This document shows, in pieces, positions 26,509-38,420 of a stretch of DNA of 64,000 nt. The stretch is from Euglena gracilis (lineage: Eukaryota). Both the position numbers and the translations under genes were made by a program. Each line of letters starts with the position of its first letter. Position 1 is the first letter of the stretch. The notes under the pieces are model-generated. The model worked only from the letters and a program-made list of their open reading frames with translations, was not told where the DNA came from and did not search any database. The stretch is taken from positions 25,308,954-25,372,953 of the forward strand of contig CP154954.1 in NCBI GenBank assembly GCA_039621445.1, in the 5' to 3' direction.

Positions 26509-26944
26509 CACAAGACCGCCTTTCCCCTGGGTCTCAGGCGGCACATCTCGCACTTGAGTTTTTGTTTTGATCCATGCGCGCATTTTCACAAACCGATCAA
26601 AATCCGATTTGAGCACCGGCGTTACAAAGTGGTGAGAGCGAGAGGGAGCGGAGTTGGGCGAAATACTTGGACGTATCCCGGTGAAAAAACACCAGCAAAA
26701 AAGCCCCCGAAACCCCAGTTCCACCACCCCCCATTCCTTGTGTGACAACTGCCAGCGCCAGGTAGTGTTCTGGAGGTGGGGTGGCTGTTCTACCCCTTTG
26801 ATTGCTTTCTGAAGTTTTGCAGTAAGTTGTGGAGGTTTTTCAAGTTGGTTACGAAAGGAGTGGAAGTGCGCATGCCACATAAACAACGGATTGTTTAAGA
26901 ATTCTGCCACTGGGGGTTGATGAGGGGGATACAGAACACAGGAG

Positions 26945-29900
26945 CTTAGGCGGCCTAATTCGCACTTAAACTTTTTTCTTTTTTTTTTTTTTTTTGTTTT
27001 TTTTTTTCTTTTTTTTTTTTTGTTGTTTTTTTTTATTTTTATTTTTTTTTTTATTTTTTATTCTTTTTATTTGCGCACTGGAGCAAATTTACGAATTTTT
27101 TGATTCTTCTTTGATTCGGCTGTGAAGGTCAGGGGGGTTTGAATACACGTTGACAAGAGAGTGCAAAAAATGAGCGAAATTCTGTTTTTGGCGGTGTGAC
27201 CCCCGGGACTTTGGCAAGAAATGCTGTTTTTGGGGTGTCCGAAAATGGACTTTGTACGTTGAAACCCCCGGGACCTTGCTGACCCACACTGAAAAAAAAC
27301 ATAAAAAAGCTGCAAAGGAATGGAACCTTTACTGCCCTTGTTGCTTCTTTCAGCTGTGTCCCCGGGTGAGCCCGAGCTACCGGCGGTGTGCGTCCTGAGT
27401 TTTTGCCGGACTGTTTTGCTTGCGGCGCCTTGGTGTGGTGTTTTTGGGCTGTCTGTTAAAGTGCAGGGAGGAGTTGCCGGGGGGTGTGGGTGTGGTGTGA
27501 TCAAGCCGGCGGGAAGGACGCAAGGGATGGAAGGTAAGTGCGGGGTGTTTGACAAGGGAAGCGCAGGGGGGAAGAAATAGGGTCTGCAGGGAATGAAGGG
27601 GATGGGTGTCTCCCACCTGGCTTATACCCGGGATCCGCACAAAAAAAAAGAACCCAGCGGAGAAAAGCAAAGAAAAGAAGCCCAACACTGGAAGGGCAAA
27701 TTTGTGTTTATTTGCGCAAATGCGCGCACCAACATGTTTATGTTTATTTGCACAATTGCGCAAATAAAACATAAACATGTCCTTCAGGGATTAGGCTTTT
27801 GTACCCATGAACTGACGCTGTTGATAAACGGCGTGATAAAGGAGCTGTGAGTGCGCAGACCAACGGGCCGTCCAGTTGCGACACGCAAGCTTGTGCACGC
27901 ACAAACACAAATTATGTTTATGCGCGCATTTGCGCAAATGCGCAAACAAACATAATTTGTGTTTGTGCGCAAACACAAATAAACACAAAGATGAACAGTG
28001 TGCCGGAAACACAACCATCAAACACCAGCAGCAGATGTGGTCTATTTGCGTATTTTTGCGCATCATATTGTTTTTGGGCGCAAATGCGCAAATAAATTGC
28101 ATGAAGAAACTGCACAGTTCACTAAGTTTATTTGCACGTTTGCGCCCAAAAAACAACGTGGTGCGCGCAAATGCGCAAATAAAAAACCAATGGAGAAGTA
28201 AAAGGTGATTTTATTTGACCCTCCTACAACTACCTTTAGATGCTTCTGATTGGGTTCAACCCAAATGAACGCACCGTCTCCTCAGGCATATGGTGTTATT
28301 GTGCCGTTTTTGAACCATTGACAGGTCCCACAAAATATGGAGACAGAGGACCTCCTGAAGGTGGGTGCACAGCCACCCAGTAACGGTATACATCCTCCGG
28401 CACCAATTTTTGGGTCCCAAAGGCCCTGCCGCTGGCCTGCGGCCTGGGCTCCGCTGTTGCAGCCAGACAATTTTTTAAGCACTGTCCCATCCCCCACCCC
28501 CCCGGCCCGGGGGTGGCTGACTGGTTTTTTTCAGAGTTATTGACTGGTTTTGGGCCCGGACCCCCTCCCCCCCCCGGGGGGGGGGGGGTCGGCCAGGGGT
28601 GGGCAAAAGTGGCTTGAGTGAGGAAAATTTTTGTGACTGGAAAGTGGCCGTTTTTCTGAGTGGCCGACCCCCCCTGGGGGGAGGGGCCCATTAGCTGCTG
28701 ATGCTTCGGCACCCACCAGACCGGCATCCACCCCCCCCCCCCCGGTGCAACAACACCCAGCTTTAGCGGCCACGTTATACCCCGCAACCGGGGTGCAAGA
28801 CTGTGGGGGACAGCGTGGTGCCAGTGCATAGCAAACAGCAGTCGGAGAAAGATAGCCCTCAAACACCCGTTACTTTGGATGCAAGGAAGTGTTGAAGCTT
28901 TACCACTGCATTGGGTGCATCAAAGCGGTGGGACACAATCACCCCAAATTATGCACAAAAGCCGGTGTGTTACGTTTTTCAAGGGAAAACTGATGGAGCA
29001 TAAAACGGACTCCGGCCTGACACATCCCGGACATGTCAGGTGCCAAATTTTGTCTTCTCGCAACGCAGTACTGTTGCAGAAAAGGTGTCAAACAGCCACA
29101 GGTAGTTTGCACGTCATCAATTCATGACGTTTAACTGCCAAACGGATGACGCCAACAGGTCGTGTGGGCCGGGTAACAGCAGTACAATTGTACACATATA
29201 AGGCAGGCAAATTTTCGCCAGTCAAATGCTGTGTTCCAGTGAACACTCCACACTACCTCTCACCACAAATCTCATCGCCACGTAATTGTGGTGCAAATCA
29301 TTGGTTGGCGTAAGGAATTGCATTCGCCAGCTGTCACGGACGAGGAGACGGTATCGCACAACTGAGGTGTGTTGGTGCGCGCATTTGCCCAAGGAAACAC
29401 AATTTTGTTTGTGTGTGTTTAGGCTCGCTCAATTCTGAAATAATTTATTTAGTGTTTATTTGCGCATTTGTGCAAATGCGCACACAAACGTAATTTTGTT
29501 TATTTGCGCAAATGCGTGCACCAACACGCCCATCACATTTTATAACCTCATAGGGTCATGGTCCTCATTGGTGCCTTTTAACATAGAAAGTAAAAATACA
29601 TGTTTGTTGGCGCAAATAAATATAAACATGTAGGTGTGCGCATTTGCGCAAATGCGCGCTCCAACAAATGTGTTTATGCGTGCATTTGCGCCCACAAACA
29701 CGTCATTTTATCATCATCGGTCTACATTTTTTTGTGCAAATGCGCCCACAAACACAGTTGTTTTTATTTGCGCAAATGCGCCCATAAACGTAAGTCAGTT
29801 GCGTGACGGCTGGCTGACGTAGTCTGTGGTGTGTGATCTAACGAGGCTCCATGTGTTCCTACCAGTGGCGGTAGTGTCCAAGTCAGCTCAGCCAGCACGT

Positions 29901-30181
29901 CAGCACCATTTCTAAGTGTCGTAACAAGGGGTGTGTGCCTCTCTCCTGTTTGATGTACAACAGCACCAATCTCACCATCAGCCCTATTTACGTCACTTGG
30001 TAAGCAGCATTTACACCAAACTATTGGGGGTTACATCCCTCCAACACAGGGTTGTCACTGTCCATAATCTGTTATCCCTGTGTCAGGGTACAGGGTCCAG
30101 GAATTTCGTAAAATTTGCGCATTTGCGCAAATGCGTAAATTCTGAAGGAAAAACCCTTAAGTGCGAATTCGGCCACCTAAA
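26945..30181. mobile_element. Non-autonomous TIR DNA transposon (CTTAGG family), copy 2
   Basis: Termini CTTAGGCGGCCTAATTCGCACTTAA / TTAAGTGCGAATTCGGCCACCTAAA. 5-bp TSD AGGAG at 26940-44 and 30182-86. Expanded poly-T at 26972-27070 and a nested insert at ~28467-28687. Confidence 0.9.
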
Positions 30182-32559
30182 AGGAGGACTGCCACCAGTT
30201 TCCTGCTGAGTTCGGTGGCGTTCAGGCTCCGTGGCACCCACACAACAGCATAAATGATGTCATGTGTGCAAATGCGCATATGGACAATGTGCGCATTTGT
30301 GCACACCGACCACTTTAGGACCAAACAAGAGCTTCCTATGGCACTGTGTTTGCAGCTGGAAAATGAATGTGGCAACACTGTGATATTATTTTCCGTGCAT
30401 TCTTGTGGCTGGACACCCTACGTTGAATGCTACTGGTATGTTTGGGCAGTTGGTGTGCGCAAATGCGCACATCAACCATTAGAATGGTAGCTTTTCACAA
30501 TTGTGGGCACCAACCAATTTTTTTTTCATTTTGAAGCCTTGGCAACATGACTTCTGCGACACGACAAGGATCGAAACAGGAGTAGAACAGATTGTGGAGG
30601 TGTTGTGTCTCGCAGGCACAAACCCCGGGTTCTAGGCCACCAACGGATTTGCAAAGGCCCAAGGTGGGGGTGGGGTGTTGGGCTTGGCTTCGTCTGCCCA
30701 AAGGTGCAGAAGGGCCGTCATCGCGTTCTGGTTTGCCTCAACCTCCGGGTTTCTTTTTGGCCTCGCTATCTGCTAACGTTGAACCCCTGAGGGGTATTTG
30801 TGGCACACCCTGAGGATGGGGTCTGTGCTCGTTTATGTTGAAGGGAATTAATCATGTCTGGAAGCTACGAGAAAGAATGGCTGCGGCAAAAGAATTGAAG
30901 AATTGCATTCAAAATTAAGGAAAAGCTGCATTACGAATGAACTCGCTAATCCAATTAGCCCCCTCCACCGTCTTGGGGGGTTACCATTTTGGCTTGGAAG
31001 ACCTCCACGTGATGCACAATTTTTGGACCACGAAGGGGAGAACACATTCAAAAGGCAGTGTTTTTGTTGAATTTTTTAAAGTTTTTTTTTAAAGCTGTTT
31101 GTAGTGCTTTTGACAAGGAAAAATAAAGCACGATATAAATTTTTTTTCTCCCGCGTGGAGCTTGTTGCTGTCCTGATGGGTTGTGTCTGTGATGTTTTGG
31201 TGTCCCGAAGTGTCTGTGTCGGTGGTCGTTGTCGGCGCCATTATTTTTTACAGTTGGCCGAGACAAGTTGAAAGGGAGCTGTGGCTGCTCCGCTGTGGCA
31301 GCAAGCACCCCAGCAGGCGGAAACCTGCCTGGCATTTGAGCAGGAGGGGGACACCCTCCTCTCTAATCAGGAGGCGGACGTGTTCCCCCTGGCCAGTGGT
31401 GAAGGGCTCATCTGCAGGGACAGCAATGGAACGCGTGTTTCAGGCCGTGTGCGATGTGGTAGTGTGATAGTGTGATAGTGTGATAGTATTATGCCGAAAA
31501 AACAGCCAAAAACCTGAGGTTGATTTTTTCTCAGGAGGAACAAGAGCACCTCCCAGAGCCCTTCACTTGTAACCCAACGGTGTTGGTGGTCCGAAATCAT
31601 GGTTCGTTGAAGGCTGACGAAAAACTGAATGAAGATATGGACGGATAAACGCCTATTTCAGCAGCTGGTGGCAGCAATCAAAAAATTTGGGGGGTTTTCG
31701 GAAGGAGTTCTCCAAGTTCTGAAAAATTCAAGGCCTTTTTTATTGTTTTTTTTTAAAAAAAGTTGTACAGCATTTTTTTTGCTTTAAAAAGCTGCAGTTT
31801 TTGCTGAAATTCAGACAAAATGCCCAAAGCACCTCTTTTTTTCTGGCTCCTCTTCCTTCGAGTCCGGCATCATGCCTCCCGAAGAGGCAATGGTGGTTTC
31901 CACAGTTAGAAACCACGTGGAAGGGGGGTAACCCAGAAGGTTGTCGCTCTCAACCAACGCCGGGTCGATGTTTGACCCGATGCATTTGGTTTCCAGCCAT
32001 GTAATCACCTTCAGCACAAGTGTGTCCGGTCGCTTTGGAAACCGGTTCTTTGTGGAAAGCACCCCTGCTCTGAGTCCCCAAGTTTAAAGGAATCCCGTCT
32101 CTCCTTGTTTGGTCAAACCCTCCTCTCCCTGATTTCCATGAAACTTCATCCCTCAAACCCTGCACAACACACCGGACACCATTCAGTTGTAAACTTGGCA
32201 AGCTTGGCAACAAATTCTGTTGTCCATGTCCTCTGCAAAGGTTCACGTTTGCGACGGGTGTCACAAGTAGAGTTTCAAAATTTGCAGTCAAACCAGCAGA
32301 GTTCATTTCCAGGGCGTTTCCCATCTTCCACCCCCATCCCGTCGTCCACAAACCCTTTTGCTTTTTCTGCCCACCCTTAACGCGGCTAGGCGGTTTCCCG
32401 CCTGACTTCTCTGTCCTCACAGCTGGTATGCCCCCCCCCCTCCATCTCTCATTAGTTGTGTTTCTGCAAACCCCGTTTCCATCCCAACTCATAAAGGTAG
32501 ACCAGTCTCAGTGCTCAAGGCTGACAAGTCAGCTATTGGCCTCCAGAGCGGGTGTTCTG

Positions 32560-33873
32560 CATTTTGTTTTAAGCGGATAACCGCATAAGTCGTCTCTTGG
32601 TCCCCACCCAACCCCATGCCATTCTCAATGGTGTTTTTAAATTAATGTGTGGGGATGGTCAGGCGGTTAACCGCCTAAAACAAAATTGTTGGTGGTGGAA
32701 AGACTGTGTGGAATTTTGGCTCCGGATGCTACGACTGAAGAGTTTCATAAATCAGTTATTTCTTCTCTTTTTTTGTTTTTTGAGCCGTTTTAGACAGGCA
32801 CCTGTTTCTATCCATGTGCGTTGGTGAAGGCAGGATATCGTCCGGAGGCACCTGCCCACGCCGCCAGGGAGTTCCCCAGCTACCATTTGCTACAGTGTTA
32901 CTGTCGCCCATTCCAGAGAACCCAGCAGGCAATGGCACCTGGCCTATGCCAGTCTCGACACAGGGGCAGGGATTTTTTTAAGTTTTGACCCCGGGGGGGG
33001 GGGGGGGGGGGTGGGGGGGGTGGGTCCGCCGGACCCCCTCCCCCCCCCGGGGGGGGGGTCCCCCCCGGAGGGGGTGGGATATACTTTTCGGCGCCGCAGG
33101 CGCCGAAAAAAATCTATTTTTAGTACTTTTCGCGATTTTTCGGCCATTTTTTGTGGGTCCCCCGGGACCCCCTCCCCCCCCGGGGGGGCCCCCCCAGGGG
33201 GGTGGGTGGGTGGGGGGGGGACCCCCCCTCCCCCCCGGTCTTAAAAAAAACCCCTGCACAGGGGGGGAGGGTGAGGGCAACACGCCTCCATTGTTTCTTC
33301 TTTACTCCCAGACGGATATCCGCCCACAACAAGTCGCCAAAAACTCACCTTATACACACACAGCAGGCGGATTCCCTCCTACCAATCATCAACTGTTTGT
33401 GTTATTGTTAGGCGGTAATCCGTGTACCGTGCTTTGTTTTCAGTTTTAGGCGGTAATCCGCACACAAGTTTATTCTGCGCGGATATCCGTGTAAACATGT
33501 AACTCCGTCGTCTGTCACCTCTTGTTTCGTTTTACGCGGTTATCCGCACACATTTGTATTATTCATTTGTTTCTCAAATACTGTTTTTATCATAAACCAT
33601 GGAGACACAGCCCCATGTCACACCCATTCAAAGTCAGTGTTTTTAACCATTTGAAACATTTCTAGTACACCCCCAACTCACACAATTCACAATTTCACAC
33701 ACAATCGTAAATTGCTTAAGCGGAATACCGCACAAAACCACTTTCGGAAACTTTGGCCCAAAGCTGCCACACACCCCTCTCAGCCCAGAATTTAGTGCCC
33801 TTTTATGAGGGGTTTTAAAACAGCCAAAAAAACGTCAAAAAACACAAAAATTGGGCAATTAGCGCCGCCTAAG
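32560..33873. mobile_element. Probable sister family (right terminus GCCGCCTAAG) with dispersed GCGG[A/T]TA[A/T]CCGC palindromes
   Basis: The terminus ..AATTAGCGCCGCCTAAG at 33873 matches the CTTAGG-family end. Motif copies occur near 32573, 32663, 33312, 33412, 33450, 33479, 33536 and 33720. The left end was not located. Confidence 0.5.
32967..33256. mobile_element. hAT-like MITE with 8-bp TSD, extremely G/C-run rich
   Basis: Termini CAGGGATTTTTTTAAG / CTTAAAAAAAACCCCTG. Perfect 8-bp TSD CACAGGGG at 32959-66 and 33257-64. Confidence 0.9.
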
Positions 33874-33899
33874 AGTGCGCATGTGCGCATTCTCTGTTG

Positions 33900-34950
33900 T
33901 TGCGGTGAGCTGTGTCTCGCGCTGCTGAACCCAGTGCCAGCACAGAATTGTGGCAGGGTTACCCCGTGGTGCACTGATGGCTTTTTTTTTCGGCGATTTC
34001 AGAGGCATCTCATTACACAGATCAATGCCGCCAGAGTAGGGTGTATGTTTCCCGGGTCGTGCCTCCACCTTGTGTGCTGAGTTGTTTGGCATGGCCCTGT
34101 GTGTTCAGGGCGCTTATTGGGGCGCACATTGACTGTGTGCTGCCATGCACGCTCTGGGGCGTGGGGTCAGACAACGCTGGCAGCAACCGGCCCATCACCT
34201 CCCCCGGGTGGGGACGGTTGCATGTCATTGTGACGTGCACCACACGTTCGTGAGAGCAGCATAGGTTGGGCTGGGCACGCAACTGCAGCGTGGAATGCGC
34301 AGGTGCGCATTCTGGTTTGTTCGATGATTTGAGCCGCAGGGGGGCAGTTCCCCTGTCACTGAAGGACATGAATTTGTGCCTTGACTCCTGCCGTCGCCTA
34401 GCCCAGCGTTTTCCACGCCGCTGCAGGTGTCGTGTTTAAGGGTGTGGTCTGGTACAAAGACACTGTTGCCAAGGGTGATTTCCTTGGTTCATCTATCCCT
34501 CACACACCCACGTTTTGCAGGCCCGAAACCACATCATAACAGTGCACAACTTGGATTCAGGGCAGGCAAACAACAGGCCATACCCAGTGTGTCCTTCAAC
34601 ATCAATGCGCGTGTGCGCATTGTCGCTTCCCATAGCCTGTGTCCCTTCCAAAAAGTGCGCACCTGCACATTCTTTCGGGCGTTTGCAGTGTGCCGAGTGT
34701 GTGCCCAACCACGCACTGTACCACAGTCGTCGTGAAACAGCTGCAAACAGCGTGATACGCTGTTGAAGCAATATACAAGGGGGTGGTCTGCATGCCGTGT
34801 TAACTTCAAACAGCTCATTTTTGTGGTGTCCATCTGGAAGAGGCATCAAACCATTCGGAATGCACACCTGCGCACTCCGCTTCCAGAATGCGTTAATCAC
34901 TAAAGCTACCATAATTTTGTGACCAAACAGGAAAAGTGCATTCCCGGTTG
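33900..34950 (-). pseudogene. Possible LINE 3' relic with CCHC knuckle
   Basis: PNLCCSHERVVHVTMTC resembles C..C...E...H....C. Surrounding sequence is coding-like but broken. Confidence 0.3.
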
Positions 34951-36700
34951 TCTAAGAAACTAATGGTGCGCTCTGAGGCGAGGGATGAAGAGCCATCAAC
35001 AAGATGGCTCCTCTGGGCTTTTCACCACAGAAACACCGGATAGCAATGGATGTTTATGGTTGTTGGTCAACCACGGTGGCAGCAACGTCGATTTGTTTGG
35101 ACCCCCCACCCCCCACCCCCAGGGTTGTCCGCCATGGGCTGCGCCTCCTCCTGCGCCACCGTCGTGCCCCGCGCGGAGGCCCCTCCGTCTCGGGCCGCTG
35201 CTGCCGCCGCTGCCCTGAAGGCAGAGTCCAGCCTGCTCTCTGCCAACCCAAACCGACGTGACTGGTTGGAGCAAGTCGAGCGGTGGGTGGGGCAGGCTTG
35301 CCAGGGGTTGCGGGGACACCATATGGTGGTGTACGGTGTTTAGATGGGGCGTCTCCCCTCACGCCTCCCTCCTGGACCGGAGGGGGGTGGTTCGACCCAC
35401 CCCTCTCCACCTGCCCTGGCAACCCCTGCCCATGACCGGCAGGGGGGCGGGACCGGGCAGCCAACGGTGAAGCCCCACGCCGCCGCAACCGCCTCGTTCG
35501 ACCTGCTGGAGCAGGCGGAGGAGGAGCACTCCCCCAACCAGGTTGCAAGGGCCCAGTAGTCAATGGGGTCAGGCCTCTTTCTTTACCCGCCCCCCCCCCC
35601 CCTCTCTGTTGTACGACCACCCGTCATTTACGACCACCCCGCGGTTGCAGGTTGCAGGTTATGGGGCGTTACGACCGGTGTCGCAGGTTGCAGGAACGTG
35701 GTCGTACGACTTAATTGAAACAAAGGTATCCTGTGTCTGGTTTTTTTGCCACCAGCTTCATGGCGCGTTGTGGCATTATGATGTCGTGTGATGTGTCGTG
35801 GCGTGGTGTTGTTGATAACATGTGTCTGTGTAGCTGTTTGTGTGTCCGGATGTTTGTGTGCGTACATGGGTTTTGGCTTGTTCGTTATGCATTGTGCCAT
35901 CTTCAAGCCTCTCAGGCTTCCCCAGTAAGTGGCTCTCTGGTTGCCCGGTTCTGAGCCCTCGGGTCTGTCCCCACCAGTTTCTGCACGCCGCCTGACGACG
36001 AGGACCTGACAGGCCCTACGGCAACCTGTGCCAGCCCCCTGCCGCGGCGCCGCCCAAACGCCCTCCTCACGTTCCGCGTTCGGGGGCCCCCGCGGACCCC
36101 CCAGGGCGAGAACGTGCTCACGTCCTACCCACTGTTTGCCTTCATGGCCTGTGCTGCAATTGCACAGGTCTGTGCGGATGGGTATGGGTTGGTGGGTGGG
36201 CTGCTGGGTGGGGCTACAGCTTACGGCACCCTGATAAAACCGTGGCAGGTTTTTGAAATTTGGGGCATTCATCACATTGGGCTTACAAGCCCAACGTGCC
36301 GAGAAGGAAATGCTGTAAGGCTTAATGAAATGGGCACAGTACTATTCTGGCCCCTCGGCTTGCACAGCGGGCAGCAGAGCCCATTTCCCAGTGTGGCCCG
36401 CCTGCCCATCGTGGCCCCCTCCCCCAAACCCTGGGCCGCGGCACCCCGGCCTCTGCCCCGCACCTACCGGGTCTCCCCCCTCCTCCCCCCGCTGCCCACC
36501 CCACCCCCCAGGGGCCTGCCCGGGGGCCGAAAGCTGCCGCAGCTGCAGTCCGTGATCTGGCTCGGGCGGCGCAGACTGTGCCAATTTTTCTTTCCCTCCC
36601 CAACCCTTCAGAGATAGATTTCTTTGGCATTTCGCACTTCGTGAAGACGCCATCCCCCTCCCCCGAAAAAAAAACACAGCTACCCTCCTCAGGGGTACAA

Positions 36701-37583
36701 ACATACATACATACATACATACATACATACATACATACATACATACATACATACATACATACATACATACATACATACATACATACATACATACATACGT
36801 ACATACATACATATGTACGTACGTACGTACGTACGTACATACATACATACATACATACATACCTACCTACCTACCTACCTACCTACCTACCTACCTACCT
36901 ACCTACCTACCTACCTACCTACCTACCTACCTACCTACCTACCTACCTACCTACCTACCTACCTACCTACCTACCTACCTACCTACCTACCTACCTACCT
37001 ACCTACCTACCTACCTACCTACCTACCTACCTACCTACCTACCTACCTACCTACCTACCTACCTACCTACCTACCTACCTACCTACCTACCTACCTACCT
37101 ACATACATACATACACACACATACATACATACATACATACATACATACATACATACATACATACATACATACATACATACATACATACATACATACATAC
37201 ATACATACATACGTACATACATACATATGTACGTACGTACGTACGTACGTATATACATACATACATACCTACCTACCTACCTACCTACCTACCTACCTAC
37301 CTACCTACCTACCTACCTACCTACCTACCTACCTACCTACCTACCTACCTACCTACCTACCTACCTACCTACCTACCTACCTACCTACCTACCTACCTAC
37401 CTACCTACCTACCTACCTACCTACCTACCTACCTACCTACCTACCTACCTACCTACATACATACATACACACACATACATACATACATACATACATACAT
37501 ACATACATACATACATACATACATACATACATACATACATACATACATACATACATACATACATACATACATACATACATACA

Positions 37584-37617
<34 letters not shown>

Positions 37618-38420
37618 CGTACATACATACATATGTACGTACGTGCGTACGTACGTATATACATACATACATACCTACCTACCTACCTACCTACCTACCT
37701 ACCTACCTACCTACCTACCTACCTACCTACCTACCTACCTACCTACCTACCTACCTACCTACCTACCTACCTACCTACCTACCTACCTACCTACCTACCT
37801 ACCTACCTACCTACCTACCTACCTACCTACCTACCTACCTACCTACCTACATACATACATACACACACATACATACATACATACACATACATACATACAT
37901 ACATACATACATACATACATACATACATACATACATACATACATACATACATACATACATACATACATACATACATACATACATACATACATACATGCAT
38001 ACATACATACATACATACATACATACATACATACATACATACATACATACATACATACATACATACATACATACATACATACATACATGCATACATACAT
38101 ACATACATACATACATACATACATACATACATACACACATACATACATGCATGCATGCATGCATGCATGCATGCATGCCTGCATACATACATACATACAT
38201 ACATACATACATACATACATACATACATACATACATACATACATACATACATACATACATACAAACATACATACATACATACATACATACATACATACAT
38301 ACATACATACATACATACATACATACATACATACATACATACATACATACACACACACATACATATATACAGACACACACACACACGCACACACACACTC
38401 ATGGTACATACATACATACC
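36701..38420. repeat. Compound tetranucleotide microsatellite (ACAT)n/(ACGT)n/(ACCT)n with ~360-400 bp higher-order units
   Basis: Read directly. Three cycles of ACAT block, ATATGT(ACGT)4-5, short ACAT, long ACCT block, followed by a final ACAT/GCAT/AC block. Confidence 0.98.

Noticed and set aside
27700-29800. Recurring palindromic GCGCAAATGCGC motifs as a CRISPR-like array
   Set aside because: Irregular spacing, mixed orientation, homologous rather than unique spacers between copies, no cas genes, and they lie inside a TIR transposon.
36150-36350. Minus-strand fragment resembling a DIRS RT start (PNFKNLP..TDLCN)
   Set aside because: Too short and degenerate to call.
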